Origin: Octopus bimaculoides
Taxonomy: Eukaryota
Direction of reading: 5' to 3'
DNA: 64,000 bases
Assembly (NCBI RefSeq): GCF_001194135.2
Contig: NC_068982.1
Location: forward strand, 178,134,036-178,198,035
Both the position numbers and the translations under genes were made by a program. How positions within the stretch are numbered: the stretch's first letter is position 1; each line of letters begins with the position of its first letter. Below the pieces are notes generated by a model. That model worked only from the letters and a program-made list of their open reading frames with translations. It had not been told where the DNA came from and did no database searches. Positions 63,690 to 64,000 of this stretch are shown here, in pieces.

Positions 63690-63895
63690 ATATATTTATA
63701 TATATATGTATATATACAGGCACCCACACTAATATAAGTACTTTTGTCTATTTGTCTGTCTTTCTGTCTGTCTATGTGTGTGTATATATATATGTGTATG
63801 TATATATATGTATGTATATATGTACATACATGTATATACATGTATATATGTATATACATACATGTATATACATATATGTATGTATATAAATATAA

Positions 63896-63939
<44 letters not shown>

Positions 63940-64000
63940 TATACATGTATGTATATATATATATGTATATATATATATATGTATATACATGTATGTATAT
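63690..64000. repeat. TA/TATG microsatellite
   Basis: Direct inspection. Confidence 0.9.

Noticed and set aside
60650-63690. Exons of a downstream gene
   Set aside because: No convincing splice-bounded coding segment; AT-rich UTR/intergenic sequence.

Overview
AT-rich (TA/CA/ATT microsatellite-laden) eukaryotic genomic window with many N gaps; the repeat content suggests an octopus/coleoid cephalopod (inference). It has two host genes, both for mitochondrial proteins, arranged head-to-head. GHITM (TMBIM5/MICS1) is on the minus strand: coding exons 3403-3193 and 521-410, a probable non-coding first exon near 8.75-8.87 kb, and the rest of the gene lies beyond the left edge. A complete 7-exon PDE12 is on the plus strand (18462-59697, 624 aa, all GT-AG junctions in phase, 24-kb first intron). 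The rest is a layered transposon landscape: piggyBac, R4/Dong, RTE, CR1-like, pogo, mariner, Helitron and Merlin relics, a Merlin-type MITE, a non-autonomous LTR element and several tRNA-derived SINE families. The most unusual signals are: (i) Penelope-type minimal hammerhead ribozymes of three sequence families, one family also joined to a tRNA-derived SINE head; (ii) an LTR element whose primer-binding site copies about 42 nt of mature tRNA-Trp instead of about 18 and is tandemly triplicated; (iii) a Merlin transposase relic plus a Merlin-type MITE with compound TIRs; (iv) a CpG-rich TACG satellite with one-strand decay. No database searches were possible; family names rest on recalled motifs, and repeat boundaries are approximate.
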